Source of the DNA: the human T2T-CHM13v2.0 reference genome, Homo sapiens
Assembly: GCF_009914755.1 (NCBI RefSeq)
Contig: NC_060947.1
Strand: one strand, 5' to 3'
Length of the DNA stretch: 64,000 nucleotides
A program made the position numbers and the translations under genes. The notes below the pieces were generated by a model. That model saw only the letters and a list, made by a program, of their open reading frames with translations, was not told the origin of the DNA and searched no databases. Of this stretch, positions 24,373-36,843 are shown piece after piece; within the stretch, counting starts at the first letter, position 1; each line of letters opens with the position of its first letter.

Positions 24373-27300
24373 TTAGGGAGAGCCTTTTGTTCCTGGAACT
24401 TCCTTGACGGGTCCCTTTTCCCTTCTGGGTTGTCTTGGGAACCTGGAAAGCCAACAGGGAGATCACAGGAGGGCACTGGTTTGGGGAAGAGGATGGAGGA
24501 GGGGTGAGAACAGGGGTTTCATAGAGAAATGGTACAGGCTGGGGTGGGGGTTGTGCCAGGGGAGGACAGGGTAGGAGTCAGAGCTTGGGTGGGCCATTCA
24601 CTTTGATAGGGCTTCTGGGCCAGGGATGAGAGGATGCTTTCCCCTTCCTCGCCTCTTTGGTGTTGATGGGTGGTTGTTGGAAAATGGGCTGGAGGCTCGT
24701 GGTTTCCTGGACATCTTCACCAGACCAGTGTCTCTGTACAGTCTACTCCAGTCCACCTGGTCTCCCCGAGCTTCCCCCAGGACAGTGAAGGCAGGCCAGC
24801 AGGCTAGAAACTCACACGACATTATTATGTTAGTCTTGTGGTAGAATTCCTTTTCCAAGAAACCTTGGTCTTTTAACACCTTCAACTAATTGGATGAGGC
24901 CTATCCACATTATGGAAGTTAAATTGCTTTACTTAAAGTCAACTGATTGTAAATGTTGATCACATCTACAAAATACCTTCACAGCAACATCTAGACTACT
25001 GTTTGACCACACAGCTGAGCAGTATAGCCTAGACAAGTTGACACATAATACTAGCCACTGCAAATATCTTGCACCGTACAAAAATGTGACTCAAAATGAA
25101 CCGCAATCTTAAATGCCAAAATTACGGGCTTTTTTTCTAGGAGGAAACAAAAAAAAATTGTGTTACCTGAGGTTATGTACTAGTCAGCTCAGGCTAGAAT
25201 AACAAAATGTCATTGACTGAGTAGCTGGAACAACAGAAATTTATCTTTTTTCACAGTTTTGAAGTCTGGAAGTCCCAGATCAAGGACTGGCGGGGTTGGC
25301 TTCTGGTGATGGCCTTATTCCTGGCTTGTAGATGGCCCTTTCTCAATATGTCCATTCTTGGCCCTTCCTCTGTGCATGTGCAGAGAGCGCGCGAGAGAGA
25401 CAGCGAGCTCATGCAGGCACAAAAATGCTATCTTCTGTCTCTTCTCCCTTCTTATAACCACACTAATTCTATGGGATCAAGGCCCCACCCTTATGGCCTC
25501 TTTTAACATTAATCACTTCCTTAGAAGCCTCATCACCAAATACAGACACCCTGGGGCTGAGGGCTTCAAAATATGAATTTGGTGGAGGACATAAGCATTA
25601 GCAAAGAATAGACACATAGGTTAATAAAACAGAATAGAGCTCAGAAATAGACCTGCACACATATAGTCAGGTGATTCACAACAAAGGCAATAATGGTGAA
25701 AGTACAGGTTTTCCAACAAAAGGTGTCGGAACAATTAGACACCTATACACAAATTATAATAACCTGGACATATCCTTACATATTCCATGAAAACTAACTC
25801 AAGATACATCATAGGTCTAATGAAAAATGCAAAAACAATACAACCTCTATAAGAAAACATGAGAGAAATCCACATAACTTTGAGTTTGGAGATGAGTTTT
25901 TAAATTCAACACCAAAAGCATGATCAAGGAAAGAAAAATTTGCCAAGTTGATTTTATTAAAATAAACATCATGTGCTCTTCAAAAGACAATGTTAAGAGA
26001 ATGAAAACAGAAGCCACAGACTAGCAGAAAACATCTGCGGTACACATATGTGATAAAGAACTTGTCTCTACAATATATGCGAATTCTTAAAGCTCAGCGA
26101 TAGAAAAAAATGAAAATAGTCAAAGATCTGAACACACACTACACAAAAGAAGATACACACATGGCAAATAAGCATAATAAATGTACTAAGCGTGTTTTGT
26201 CATTAGATAATTGTGTACTAAAATGAGATACCACTACACACCTATTAGTATGTCCAAAATCCATAAAAAAGCAAAACAAAGCAAACAAAACCAAGACCAA
26301 TTGCCAGGGAAGATGTGGAGCAACAGAAACTCTCATTCATAGCTCGTGGAAATGCAACATGGCACAGCCACTTTGGAAGACAATTTGGCGTTTTCTTAAA
26401 AAACGGAACATAGACTTAGCGTAAGATTCAGCAGCCATACTCAATCAATTTACCCAATTGATTTGAAAACTTATGTCTACATAAAAATTTGTATATGAAT
26501 GTATACAATAGCTTATTTCACAATCACCAAAAATAGCAGCATCCAAAATGTATTTCATTTGGTGAATGGATTATATATATATATATATACACACATACAC
26601 ACACACACGCATTAAAATATGGTACACCCAATGATACTACTACTCCTCAATGAAAAGGAATAAGTTACAAGCTGCACAAAGTTTTACATGACTCTTCAGT
26701 TCATTATGCTAAACGAGTCTAAAGAAACGAGTCTAGAAAGAAACGAGTCTAAAAAGGCTACATAGTATACGAGTCTATTTATATGACATTCAGGAAAAGG
26801 CAAAATTATAAAGATGAAAAACCTATCAGTGGCAGCCAAGGGGGTTATCTGACAAGCACAGGGGATTTATCAGGGCAGTGAAACTAGTATGGTAATACTG
26901 TAATGGTGGTTCCGTGCTTGCTTTCATCTGAATATTTGTGTTCCCACAAACTTCATCTGCTGAAATACCAAGGTGATGGTATTAGGTAGAAGGTGGGGTA
27001 TTTGGAGAATGACTAGTTCATGAGAGCAGAGACCTCATGAATGGGATCAGTGTTTTTATAAAATAGTCCCCACAGAGATCCCTTGCCCCTTCCTCCATGC
27101 GAGGACATAGGGAAAAGGCAGGTGTCTAGGAACTAGGGAGCAGGACTCCACCAGACATGAAATCTGCCAGCACCTTGATCTTGGACTTTCCAACCTCCAG
27201 AATGTGAGAAATAAAGTTGTGTTGTTTATAAGCCACCTAGTCTACACTATTTTTGTTATGGAAGCCCAAACGGACTAAGACAATGGCAAGAGGCATTTGT

Positions 27301-29039
27301 CAAAACCCATAGATCTTTACAGCACAAAGAGTGAAGCTTAATGTATGTAACGTCTAAAAGTAACTTAAGAGGTTGGAGAATCACAGAACAGAATGTAAAA
27401 TGTTACACACACAGAAACCTAGCTGTATTATAGATGTATGAAACCACCACAGTGAAGCAAGTGGGGGGAAAGTTATCATATTTGGGTACTTCATCAAAGA
27501 AATATATATTTTATAAAGTATATGTCTTCCAGATAAGTTTGTAAAATAGTTGAACATTTGATAATCATTTATTTAATTTTTTAGATATCAATGCTATTGG
27601 GTTTTTGTTTAATAAAAAGTCCTTTTCCTTTAAAATGCATGTTAAATTGTTTAGAGATGAAATGGTCTAATGCCTTAGATTGGCTCCACGTTATTACAGA
27701 AGCTCATATGCAGGTAGGCAAGTGTCTAACTGGAACCAGCTTTGCTGTGTATTTAAAGTTGTTCATGCTCGGTATCAAGTATCCTGGGTTCATAATATTA
27801 GTTTCTGTTATTCTGTATGTGTGAAGGCTTTCCCTAATAAAACGTTTTTTATCACAAATATGCCATTAAAAGTGAAATCCTAAATGAAACTGACCACTTC
27901 ATAGAAATAAAATACATCAGTAACCAAACTGATCCAAAAAGAAAAAGAAAACTTTAATTAAACTATACAAACTGAAACTGTACAATATTCAAAGCTCAAG
28001 CCACCCTCAAACATTCCAGGTTAGGCAGTTTTGGAGGCCAATTCTACCAAATGATCAGGGAAAACTAACCACCATCTTATATCAACTCTTCCAAAACATA
28101 CAAAAGATTGACAATTGTTCAGTTCATTCTCCCAGACTAGCCCTCCTGGATTCAAAATCAGATGAGGACCACATCCCTCCCCGATGGAAAAAGAACACAC
28201 CAAGTAAGCTCCCTTACCTAGCAGTAAATACCTTACCTAAATTAGTAGCATATTAAACAAATAGACAGGCTCTGCCCAAGGAAATAACATATGATTTAAC
28301 ATCAGAAAAAAAAAAACGGTTTCATTGTAATTCCTTACATACAAAATGGAGGAGAAAAAATTTGATCCTGTCAAAGGGTACAGAAAAAGCTTTTTAAAGA
28401 CATTTAATGAGTTTATGGAAAAAAGAAAATATTTATTTAACCTATATTCAAAGAGCACTTCCATTTCCTAAAATCAACAGCAAACATACTTAAATGTCAA
28501 ATGTTCGAAGAACTATCATTCCAGTCAGGAACGAGAAGTAGATGTAGCCTATTATCTCTACGTTTGAAATCAGGATTGAGACACAAAAAGCTATAAGTAT
28601 CAAAATGAGTAAGTGGTATGAATATTGGAAAAACATGTAATGTTTAGTGATAATACCATTATCGATCTTGAAAATTCAAAGGAAAAGGCATGTGGAATAT
28701 TCAAGTGCATCGGCCTTCAGAATGAGGTGTGCAACAGATTACTACAGCAAAATCAAAATCTTCACCTCACGAAAGCAATAACTAACTACAGCAATTAATA
28801 GACAATATGCCATTTGCAATAGCAATAAAATCCAAGAATTACCTGAATAGAAGTCTAATAAAAATGTATAAGCTGCTTATAGAGGCAACTATCGAAGTAT
28901 ACTGACATATTCAGGAAAAAATAGCTTGACATACATAGAGGAGTATAACATATTCATTCATGGGGAACACAACAGTGTAAAAATGTAAACTCAGCTTAAA
29001 TTATTTACAATTTAGTGCCTTACCTGTAGTCGCCGACAT
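24373..29039 (-). CDS. CSAG1: Chondrosarcoma-associated gene 1 protein, 78 aa; coding exons 29039-29024, 24803-24653, 24442-24373
   Basis: Spliced 16+151+70 = 237 nt gives MSATTACWPAFTVLGEARGDQVDWSRLYRDTGLVKMSRKPRASSPFSNNHPSTPKRFPRQPRREKGPVKEVPGTKGSP*. The last intron is GC-AG. Confidence 0.85.
24790..25062 (-). mobile_element. MLT2 LTR fragment providing the CSAG1 splice acceptor
   Basis: Paralog of 5560-5837, with a 5-bp deletion near 24874. Confidence 0.72.
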
Positions 29040-30246
29040 TACAAGCAAATTTGGGCTGCTGTGCTCTGCTTCCCAAATCAACCCTGTAAATTTATAGAAT
29101 GGAAACAGAAAGTAAAAAACCAGTATTAGCAAGAAAATCTACACAACAAAACAGGGCCAGTCCAGGGTGAGACTGAAGACCTTGTTGAGCTGGTACTTGT
29201 GTGTGACACTTGCCGTGTCGGTTAGAGGGGGTTAGCGGCAGGGATGTTGGGGAGGTTTGTAGCCTGCCTAGACGGCAGATAACAGAATGGGTAGAATAAA
29301 AGTTTTAAAATTTCCACTTCACTTCATTGCACAATCTGAGGCAGCTCCTGAAAACACGATGCCAAGAGCCCTAGGTAATAGCAGGACACCAGGAAAATTG
29401 GGTTTGTTAAGGCAGCATGGCTCCAGAGTTCTGCTAATAACAACCTGAAACCAACATAGTGGGAGAGGAATTACGTTTAAAAAAAAATTCCTTCAACAGA
29501 ACACAAAGACTGGAATAGAAGTAGATTAGGATAGTAAGAGTGAACGATGCATACTAAGGGTAGGTGTTAGTTCGTAGAAATAAATATATATATCGCTACC
29601 TACATATATACTTGGAAGATATGTAAACCGTATTTCTTCAATTCAGTGAATAAATCATTTAGGACCAAAGGTTTGCCAAGTGTAGCTCTGGCTGGAGAGG
29701 AGCTCCCGTGGGAAAGTGTCTGTCTTCTTCCAGAGGTCAATACGATCGTGGGAGCTCCCGCCCTGCAGGGAGCTCCTGGCCTGGGACCCGCAGCCATTCT
29801 CTACAAGGGGTGCAGCTGTGCAAATGCACAGACGTTACAGAAACAGAGTATCTCCTGCCAATCACTTCATCCAACAGCCAGGAGTGAGGAAGAGGACCCT
29901 CTTGAGTGAGGACTGAGGGTCCACCCTCCCCCACGTAGTGGGACCACAGAATCCAGCTCAGTCCCTCTTGTCAGCCCTGGTAAACTTAGGCAATAATGTC
30001 ACCCCGACCACACCCCTCCCCCAGTGCCACTTCAGGGGGACTCAGAGTCAGAGACTTGGTCTGAGGGGAGCAGACACAATCGGCAGAGGATGGCGGTCCA
30101 GGCTCAGCCTGGCATCCAAGTCAGGACCTTGAGGGATGACCAAAGGCCCCTCCCACCCCCAACTCCCCCAACCCCACCAGGATCTACAGCCTCAGGATCC
30201 CCGTCCCTATCCCTACCCCTACCCCCAACACCATCTTCATGCTTAC

Positions 30247-30438
30247 CTCCACCTCCATCTGGATCCCCATCCAGGAAGAATCCAGTTCCACCCCTGCTGT
30301 GAACCCAGGGAAGTCACGGGGCCGGATGTGACGCCACTGACTTGCGCGTTGGAGGTCAGAGAACAGCGAGATTCTCGCCCTGAGCAACGGCCTGACGTCG
30401 GTGGAGGGAAGCAGGCGCAGGCTCCGTGAGGAGGCAAG
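30247..30438. promoter_or_regulatory. Bidirectional MAGEA12/CSAG1 CpG promoter; MAGEA12 exon-1 donor after 30438, CSAG1 exon-1 donor at 30246
   Basis: Paralog of 11071-11264. gag|gtaagc on - strand, caag|gtaaga on + strand, ETS- and CRE-like motifs. Confidence 0.78.
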
Positions 30439-32740
30439 GTAAGATGCCGAGGGAGGACTGAGGCGGGCCTCACCCCAGACAGAGGGCCCCCAATAATCCA
30501 GCGCTGCCTCTGCTGCCGGGCCTGGACCACCCTGCAGGGGAAGACTTCTCAGGCTGAGTCGCCACCACCTCACCCCGCCACCCCCCGCCGCTTTAACCGC
30601 AGGGAACTCTGGTGTAAGAGCTTTGTGTGACCAGGGCAGGGCTGGTTAGAAGTGCTCAGGGCCCAGACTCAGCCAGGAATCAAGGTCAGGACCCCAAGAG
30701 GGGACTGAGGGTAACCCCCCGCACCCCCACCACCATTCCCATCCCCCAACACCAACCCCACCCCCATCCCCCAACACCAAACCCACCACCATCGCTCAAA
30801 CATCAACGGGACCCCCAAACCCCGATTCCCATCCCCACCCATCCTGGCAGAATCGGAGCTTTGCCCCTGCAATCAACCCACGGAAGCTCCGGGAATGGCG
30901 GCCAAGCACGCGGATCCTGACGTTCACATCTGTGGCTCAGGGAGGGAAGGGGGTCGGTATCGTGAGTACGGCCTTTGGGAAGCAGAGGATGGGCCCAAGC
31001 CCCTCCTGGAAGATAATGGAGTCCGGAGGGCTCCCAGCATGCCAGGACAGGGGCCCAAAGTACCCCTGTCTCAAACTGAGCCACCTTTTCATTCGGCCGC
31101 GGGAATCCTAGGGATACAGACCCACTTCAGCAGGGAGTTGGAGCCCAGCCCTGCGAGGAGTCAAGGGGAGGAAGAAGAGGGAGGACTGAGGGGACCTTGG
31201 AGTCCAGATCAGTGGCAACCTTGGGCTGGGGGATCCTGGGCACAGTGGCCTAATGTGCCCCATGCTCATTGCGACTTCAGGGTGACAGATTTGCGGGCTG
31301 TGGTCTGAGGAGTGGCACTTCAGGTCAGCAGAGGGAGGAATCCCAGGATCTGCCGGACCCAAGGTGTGCCCCCTTCATGAGGACTGGGGATACCCCCGGC
31401 CCAGAAAGAAGGGATGCCACAGAGTCTGGCTGTCCCTTATTCTTAGCTCTAAGGGAACCCGATCAGAGATAGCTCCAATTGGCAATGTCATTTGTACCAC
31501 AGGCAAGAGGTTGGGGAACCCTCAGGGAGATAAGGTGTTGGTGTAAAGAGGAGCTGTCTGCTCATTTCAGGGGGTTGGGGGTTGAGGAAGGGCAGTCCCT
31601 GGCAGGAGTAAAGATGAGTAACCCACAGGAGGCCATCAGAAGCCTCACCCTAGAACCAAAGGGGTCAGCCCTGGACAACCTACCTGGGAGTGACAGGATG
31701 TGGCTCCTCCTCACTTCTGTTTCCAGATCTCAGGGAGTTGAGGACCTTTTCTTCAGAGGGTGACTCAGGTCAACACAGGGGCCCCCATGTAGTCGACAGA
31801 CACAGTGGTCCTAAGATCTACCAAGCATCCAGGTGAGAAGCCTGAGGTAGGATTGAGGGTACCCCTGGGCCAGAACGCTGACAGAGGGCCCCACAGAAAT
31901 CTGCCCTGCCCCTGCTATTCCCTCAGAGAGCCTGGGCAAGGCTACCTGCTGAGGTCCCTCCATTATCCTGGGATCTTTGATGTCAGGGAAAGGGAGGCCT
32001 TGGTCTGAAGGGGCTGCACTCAGGTCAGTAGAGGGAGGCTCTCAGGCCCTAGCAGGAGTAGTGGTGAGGACCAAGCAGGCTCGTCACCCAGGACACCTGG
32101 ACTCCAATGAATTTGGACATCTCTCATTGTCCTTTGTGGGAGGATCTGGTTATGTATGGCCAGATGTTGGTCCCCTCATGTCCTTCTGTACCGTATCAGG
32201 GATGTGAATTCTTGCCATGAGAGTTTCTTTGGCCAGCAAAAGGGCGGTATTAGGCCCTGCAAGGAGAAAGGTGAGGGCCCTGAGTGAGCACAGAAGGGAC
32301 CCTCCACCCCAGTAGAGTGGGGACCTCACAGAGTCTGGCCGACCCTCCTGACAATTTTGGGAATCTGTGGCTGTACTTGCAGTCTGCACCCTGAGGCCCA
32401 TGGATTCCTCTCCCAGGAATCAGGAGTTCCAAGAACAAGGCAGTGAGGCCTTGGTCTGAGGCAGTGTCCTGAGGTCACAGAGCAGAGGGGGTGCAGACAG
32501 TGCCAACACTGAAGGTTTGCCTTGAATGCACACCAAGGGCCGCACCGGCCCCAGAACACATGGGACTCCAGAGCGCCTGGCCTCACCCTCCCTACTGTCA
32601 TTCCTTCAGCCTCAGCATGTGCTGGCCGGCTGTACCCTGAGGCGCCCTCTCACTTGTTCCTTCAGGTTCTGAGGAGACAGGCCCCGGAGCAGCACTAGCT
32701 CCTGCCCACACTCCTACCTGCTGCCCTGACCAGAGTCATC

Positions 32741-33685
32741 ATGCCACTTGAGCAGAGGAGTCAGCACTGCAAGCCTGAGGAAGGCCTTGAGGCCCAAGGA
32801 GAGGCCCTGGGCTTGGTGGGTGCGCAGGCTCCTGCTACTGAGGAGCAGGAGACTGCCTCCTCCTCCTCTACTCTAGTGGAAGTCACCCTGCGGGAGGTGC
32901 CTGCTGCCGAGTCACCAAGTCCTCCCCACAGTCCTCAGGGAGCCTCCACCCTCCCCACTACCATCAACTATACTCTCTGGAGTCAATCCGATGAGGGCTC
33001 CAGCAACGAAGAACAGGAAGGGCCAAGCACCTTTCCTGACCTGGAGACGAGCTTCCAAGTAGCACTCAGTAGGAAGATGGCTGAGTTGGTTCATTTTCTG
33101 CTCCTCAAGTATCGAGCCAGGGAGCCATTCACAAAGGCAGAAATGCTGGGGAGTGTCATCAGAAATTTCCAGGACTTCTTTCCTGTGATCTTCAGCAAAG
33201 CCTCCGAGTACTTGCAGCTGGTCTTTGGCATCGAGGTGGTGGAAGTGGTCCGCATCGGCCACTTGTACATCCTTGTCACCTGCCTGGGCCTCTCCTACGA
33301 TGGCCTGCTGGGCGACAATCAGATCGTGCCCAAGACAGGCCTCCTGATAATCGTCCTGGCCATAATCGCAAAAGAGGGCGACTGTGCCCCTGAGGAGAAA
33401 ATCTGGGAGGAGCTGAGTGTGTTGGAGGCATCTGATGGGAGGGAGGACAGTGTCTTTGCGCATCCCAGGAAGCTGCTCACCCAAGATTTGGTGCAGGAAA
33501 ACTACCTGGAGTACCGGCAGGTCCCCGGCAGTGATCCTGCATGCTACGAGTTCCTGTGGGGTCCAAGGGCCCTCGTTGAAACCAGCTATGTGAAAGTCCT
33601 GCACCATTTGCTAAAGATCAGTGGAGGACCTCACATTTCCTACCCACCCCTGCATGAATGGGCTTTTAGAGAGGGGGAAGAGTGA
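32741..33685 (+). CDS. MAGEA12: Melanoma-associated antigen A12, 314 aa
   Basis: Diagnostic [37 protein letters not shown]; MAGE homology domain. Confidence 0.94.
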   Translation: MPLEQRSQHCKPEEGLEAQGEALGLVGAQAPATEEQETASSSSTLVEVTLREVPAAESPSPPHSPQGASTLPTTINYTLWSQSDEGSSNEEQEGPSTFPDLETSFQVALSRKMAELVHFLLLKYRAREPFTKAEMLGSVIRNFQDFFPVIFSKASEYLQLVFGIEVVEVVRIGHLYILVTCLGLSYDGLLGDNQIVPKTGLLIIVLAIIAKEGDCAPEEKIWEELSVLEASDGREDSVFAHPRKLLTQDLVQENYLEYRQVPGSDPACYEFLWGPRALVETSYVKVLHHLLKISGGPHISYPPLHEWAFREGEE

Positions 33686-36565
33686 GTCTGAGCACGAGTT
33701 GCAGCCAGGGCCAGTGGGAGGGGGTCTGGGCCAGTGCACCTTCCAAGGCCCCATCCATTAGTTTCCACTGCCTCGTGTGACATGAGGCCCATTCTTCACT
33801 CTTTGAAGAGAGCAGTCAGTATTGTTAGTAGTGAGTTTCTGTTCTATTGGATGACTTTGAGATTTATCTTTGTTTCCTGTTGGAATTGTTCAAATGTTCC
33901 TTTTAACGGATGGTTGAATGAACTTCAGCATCCAAGTTTATGAATGACAGTAGTCACACATAGTGCTGTTTATATAGTTTAGGAGTAAGAGTGTTGTTTT
34001 TTATTCAGATTGGGAAATCCATTCCATTTTGTGAATTGTGACAAATAACAGCAGTGGAAAAAGTATGTGCTTAGAATTGTGAAAGAATTAGCAGTAAAAT
34101 ACATGAGATAAAGACCTCAAGAAGTTAAAAGATACTTAATTCTTGCCTTATACCTCACTCTATTCTGTAAATTTGAAAAAAAAGCATGGATACCTGGATA
34201 TCCTTGGCTTCTTTGAGAATTTAAGAGAAATTAAATCTGAATAAATAATTCTTCCTGTTCACTGGCTCATTTATTTTCCATTCACTCAGCATCTGCTCTG
34301 TGGAAGGCTCTGCGTTAGTAGTGCGGATGCTAAGGTAAGCAAGACTCACGCCTACCCGTAGGGTTGTAGAGCCTAGGACCTGCAGTCATATAATTAAGGT
34401 GGCAAGAAGTCCTGTAAGATGTAGAGGAAATATAAGAGAAGGGTGAGGGTGTGGGGTTCCAGGAGGGAGTTGTGGAGTGTAAATGCCCTGAGCTGGGGCA
34501 TTTTGGACTTTGGGAACCTGCAGTTCCTTCTGAAGGAGCTGACTCTGATGAAGCTGGGTGGGTCCAGGGCCCACAGATTCTCAGTGAATGAGAGAAAAGC
34601 CTGGAATGGAAAGCAACTCTGAGTAGTTTATTTCGGATGGGGGATGAACAGAGAGGAATCTCCACCTGGGGCTGGAATAGAAGGTGTCCTGTGCTTTTGT
34701 CCCACTGCTATTGAACACAACCCAAGATCTAGGTGATGAAAATCTATCATCTGCAAGGGTTTCCTGAGCGATAAGGCTGAATTTCCCAGGAAGGGTGACC
34801 CAGAAGCCACTGGCCAGGTGCTTTTCTGCCAGGCAGGGAGAGCCAGAGCTGACTCCATTAAAAAGGCATTCTAACTAGGTTATCTCAAGTGCAATTTGAC
34901 CAATTGTAGGCGTGGGCCAGATTTTGGATGGTAACAAAATGGATGAAAATAGTGGTTTGGGTGGGAAAGCAGCTGGGAGAGATGGAAGGAATTGGTCTTT
35001 GACACACATTCTAGGAGTTTTGGGTTGCACCTGGCTGGGCAAAACTCCCGCACACACAAAGTTTGAAGTGCATTCTCTAAGAGGAAATACTTAACTGAAT
35101 TTTACAGGTGAAGCTTCCTTTTTGGCCTAATTATCCCATGTCCTGTTGAGCTGTATATTTTCTGATGACTCCTGGAGAACAACGACAACAACAACAAAGT
35201 CCCAGAGTGTTAATGCCTAGGCTTTAAAAATATTAGAAATAACAGCCATCGGCCATTTGTTAAACTTCTAATTTCCACCACGCCCGGAGTTTCTGTTGCT
35301 CCACATCTTCACTGGCAATTGGTCTTGGTTTTGTTTTGCTTTTTTATGGGTTTTAGACATTCTAATAGGTGTGTAGTAGTATCTCACTTTAGTACACAAT
35401 TATCTAATGCCAAAGGACACTCAGTATTTTATTATGCTTATTTGCCCTGTGTGTATCTTCTTTTGTGTAGATTGTGTTCAGATCTTTGACTATTTTCATT
35501 TTTTCTATCATTGAGCTTTAAGAATTCGTATATATTGTAGAGACAAGTTCTTTATCACATATGTGTACCACAGATTTTTTCTGCTAGACTGTGGCTTGTT
35601 TTCATTCTCTTAACATTGTCCTTTGAAGAGCATAAAATTTTTATTTTAATAAAATCAACTTGGCAAATTTTTCTTTCCTTGATCATGCTTTTGGTGTTGA
35701 ATTTAAAAACTCATCACCAAACTCAAAGTTATGTGGATTTTCTCTTACGTTTTCTTTTAGAGGTTGTATAGTTCTTGTATTTTTCATCAGGTCTATGATG
35801 TATTGAGTTAATTTTCGTGCAATATGTAAGGATATGTCTAGGTTATTATAATTTGTGTATAGGTGTCTAATTGTTCAGGCACCTTTTGTTGGAAAACCTG
35901 TACTTTCACCATTATTGCCTTTGTTGTGAATCACCTGACTATGTGTGTGCAGGTCTATTTCTGAGCTCTATTCTGTTTTATTAATCTATGTGTCTATTCT
36001 TTGCTAATGCTTATGTCCTCCACCAAATTCATATTTTGAAACCCTCAGCCCCAGGGTGTCAGTATTTGGAGATGAGGCTTCTAAGGTAGTAATTAATGTT
36101 AAAAGAGGCCATAAGGGTGGGAGCTTGATCCCACAGAATTAGTGTGATTGTAAGAAGGGAGAAGAAACAGAAGAAAGTACTTTTGTGCCTGCATGACTTC
36201 TCTCTCTCTCTCTCTTTCTTTCTCTCTCTCTCTTCCTCTCTCTCTCTCTGCACATACACAGAGGAAAGGCCAAGAACTGACAAATTAATAAAGGGCCATC
36301 TACAAGCCAGGAATAAGGCCATCACCAGAAGACAACCCCGCCAGTCCTTGATCTGGGACTTCCACATTTCAAAACTGAAAAAAGATAAATTTCTGTTGTT
36401 TCAGCTACTCAGTCAATGGCATTTTGTTATGGCAGCCTAAGCTAAGACATAACCTCAGGTAACACAATTTTTTTTGTTTTGTCCTAGAAAAAAAAAGCAA
36501 TGTAATTGTGACATATAAAGTCTGTGGCTCATTTTGAGTTACATTTTTGTATGGTGCAAGATATG

Positions 36566-36843
36566 TGCAACGGCTAGTATTATGTGTCAACTTGTCTAGG
36601 CTATACTGCTCAGCTGTGTGGTCAAACAGTAGTCTAGATGTTGCTGTGAAGGTATTTTGTAGATGTGATCAACATTTACAATCAGTTGACTTTAAGTAAA
36701 GCAGTTTAACTTCCATAATGTGGATAGGCCTCATCCAATTAGTTGAAGGTGTTAAGAGAAAAGACCAAGGTTTCCTGGAAAAGGAATTCTACCACAAGAC
36801 TAACATAAAAATGCGCTGTGAGTTTCTAGCCTGCTGGCCTGCC
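36566..36843 (+). mobile_element. MLT2 LTR fragment at the CSAG4 5' end
   Basis: Paralog of 55772-56049. Confidence 0.72.

Noticed and set aside
24159-24476. 105-aa basic ORF in an alternative frame of the CSAG last exon (also 37157-37471)
   Set aside because: GTG start inside the intron, and no observed donor joins it in frame. The VCX-like similarity lies in the other frames.
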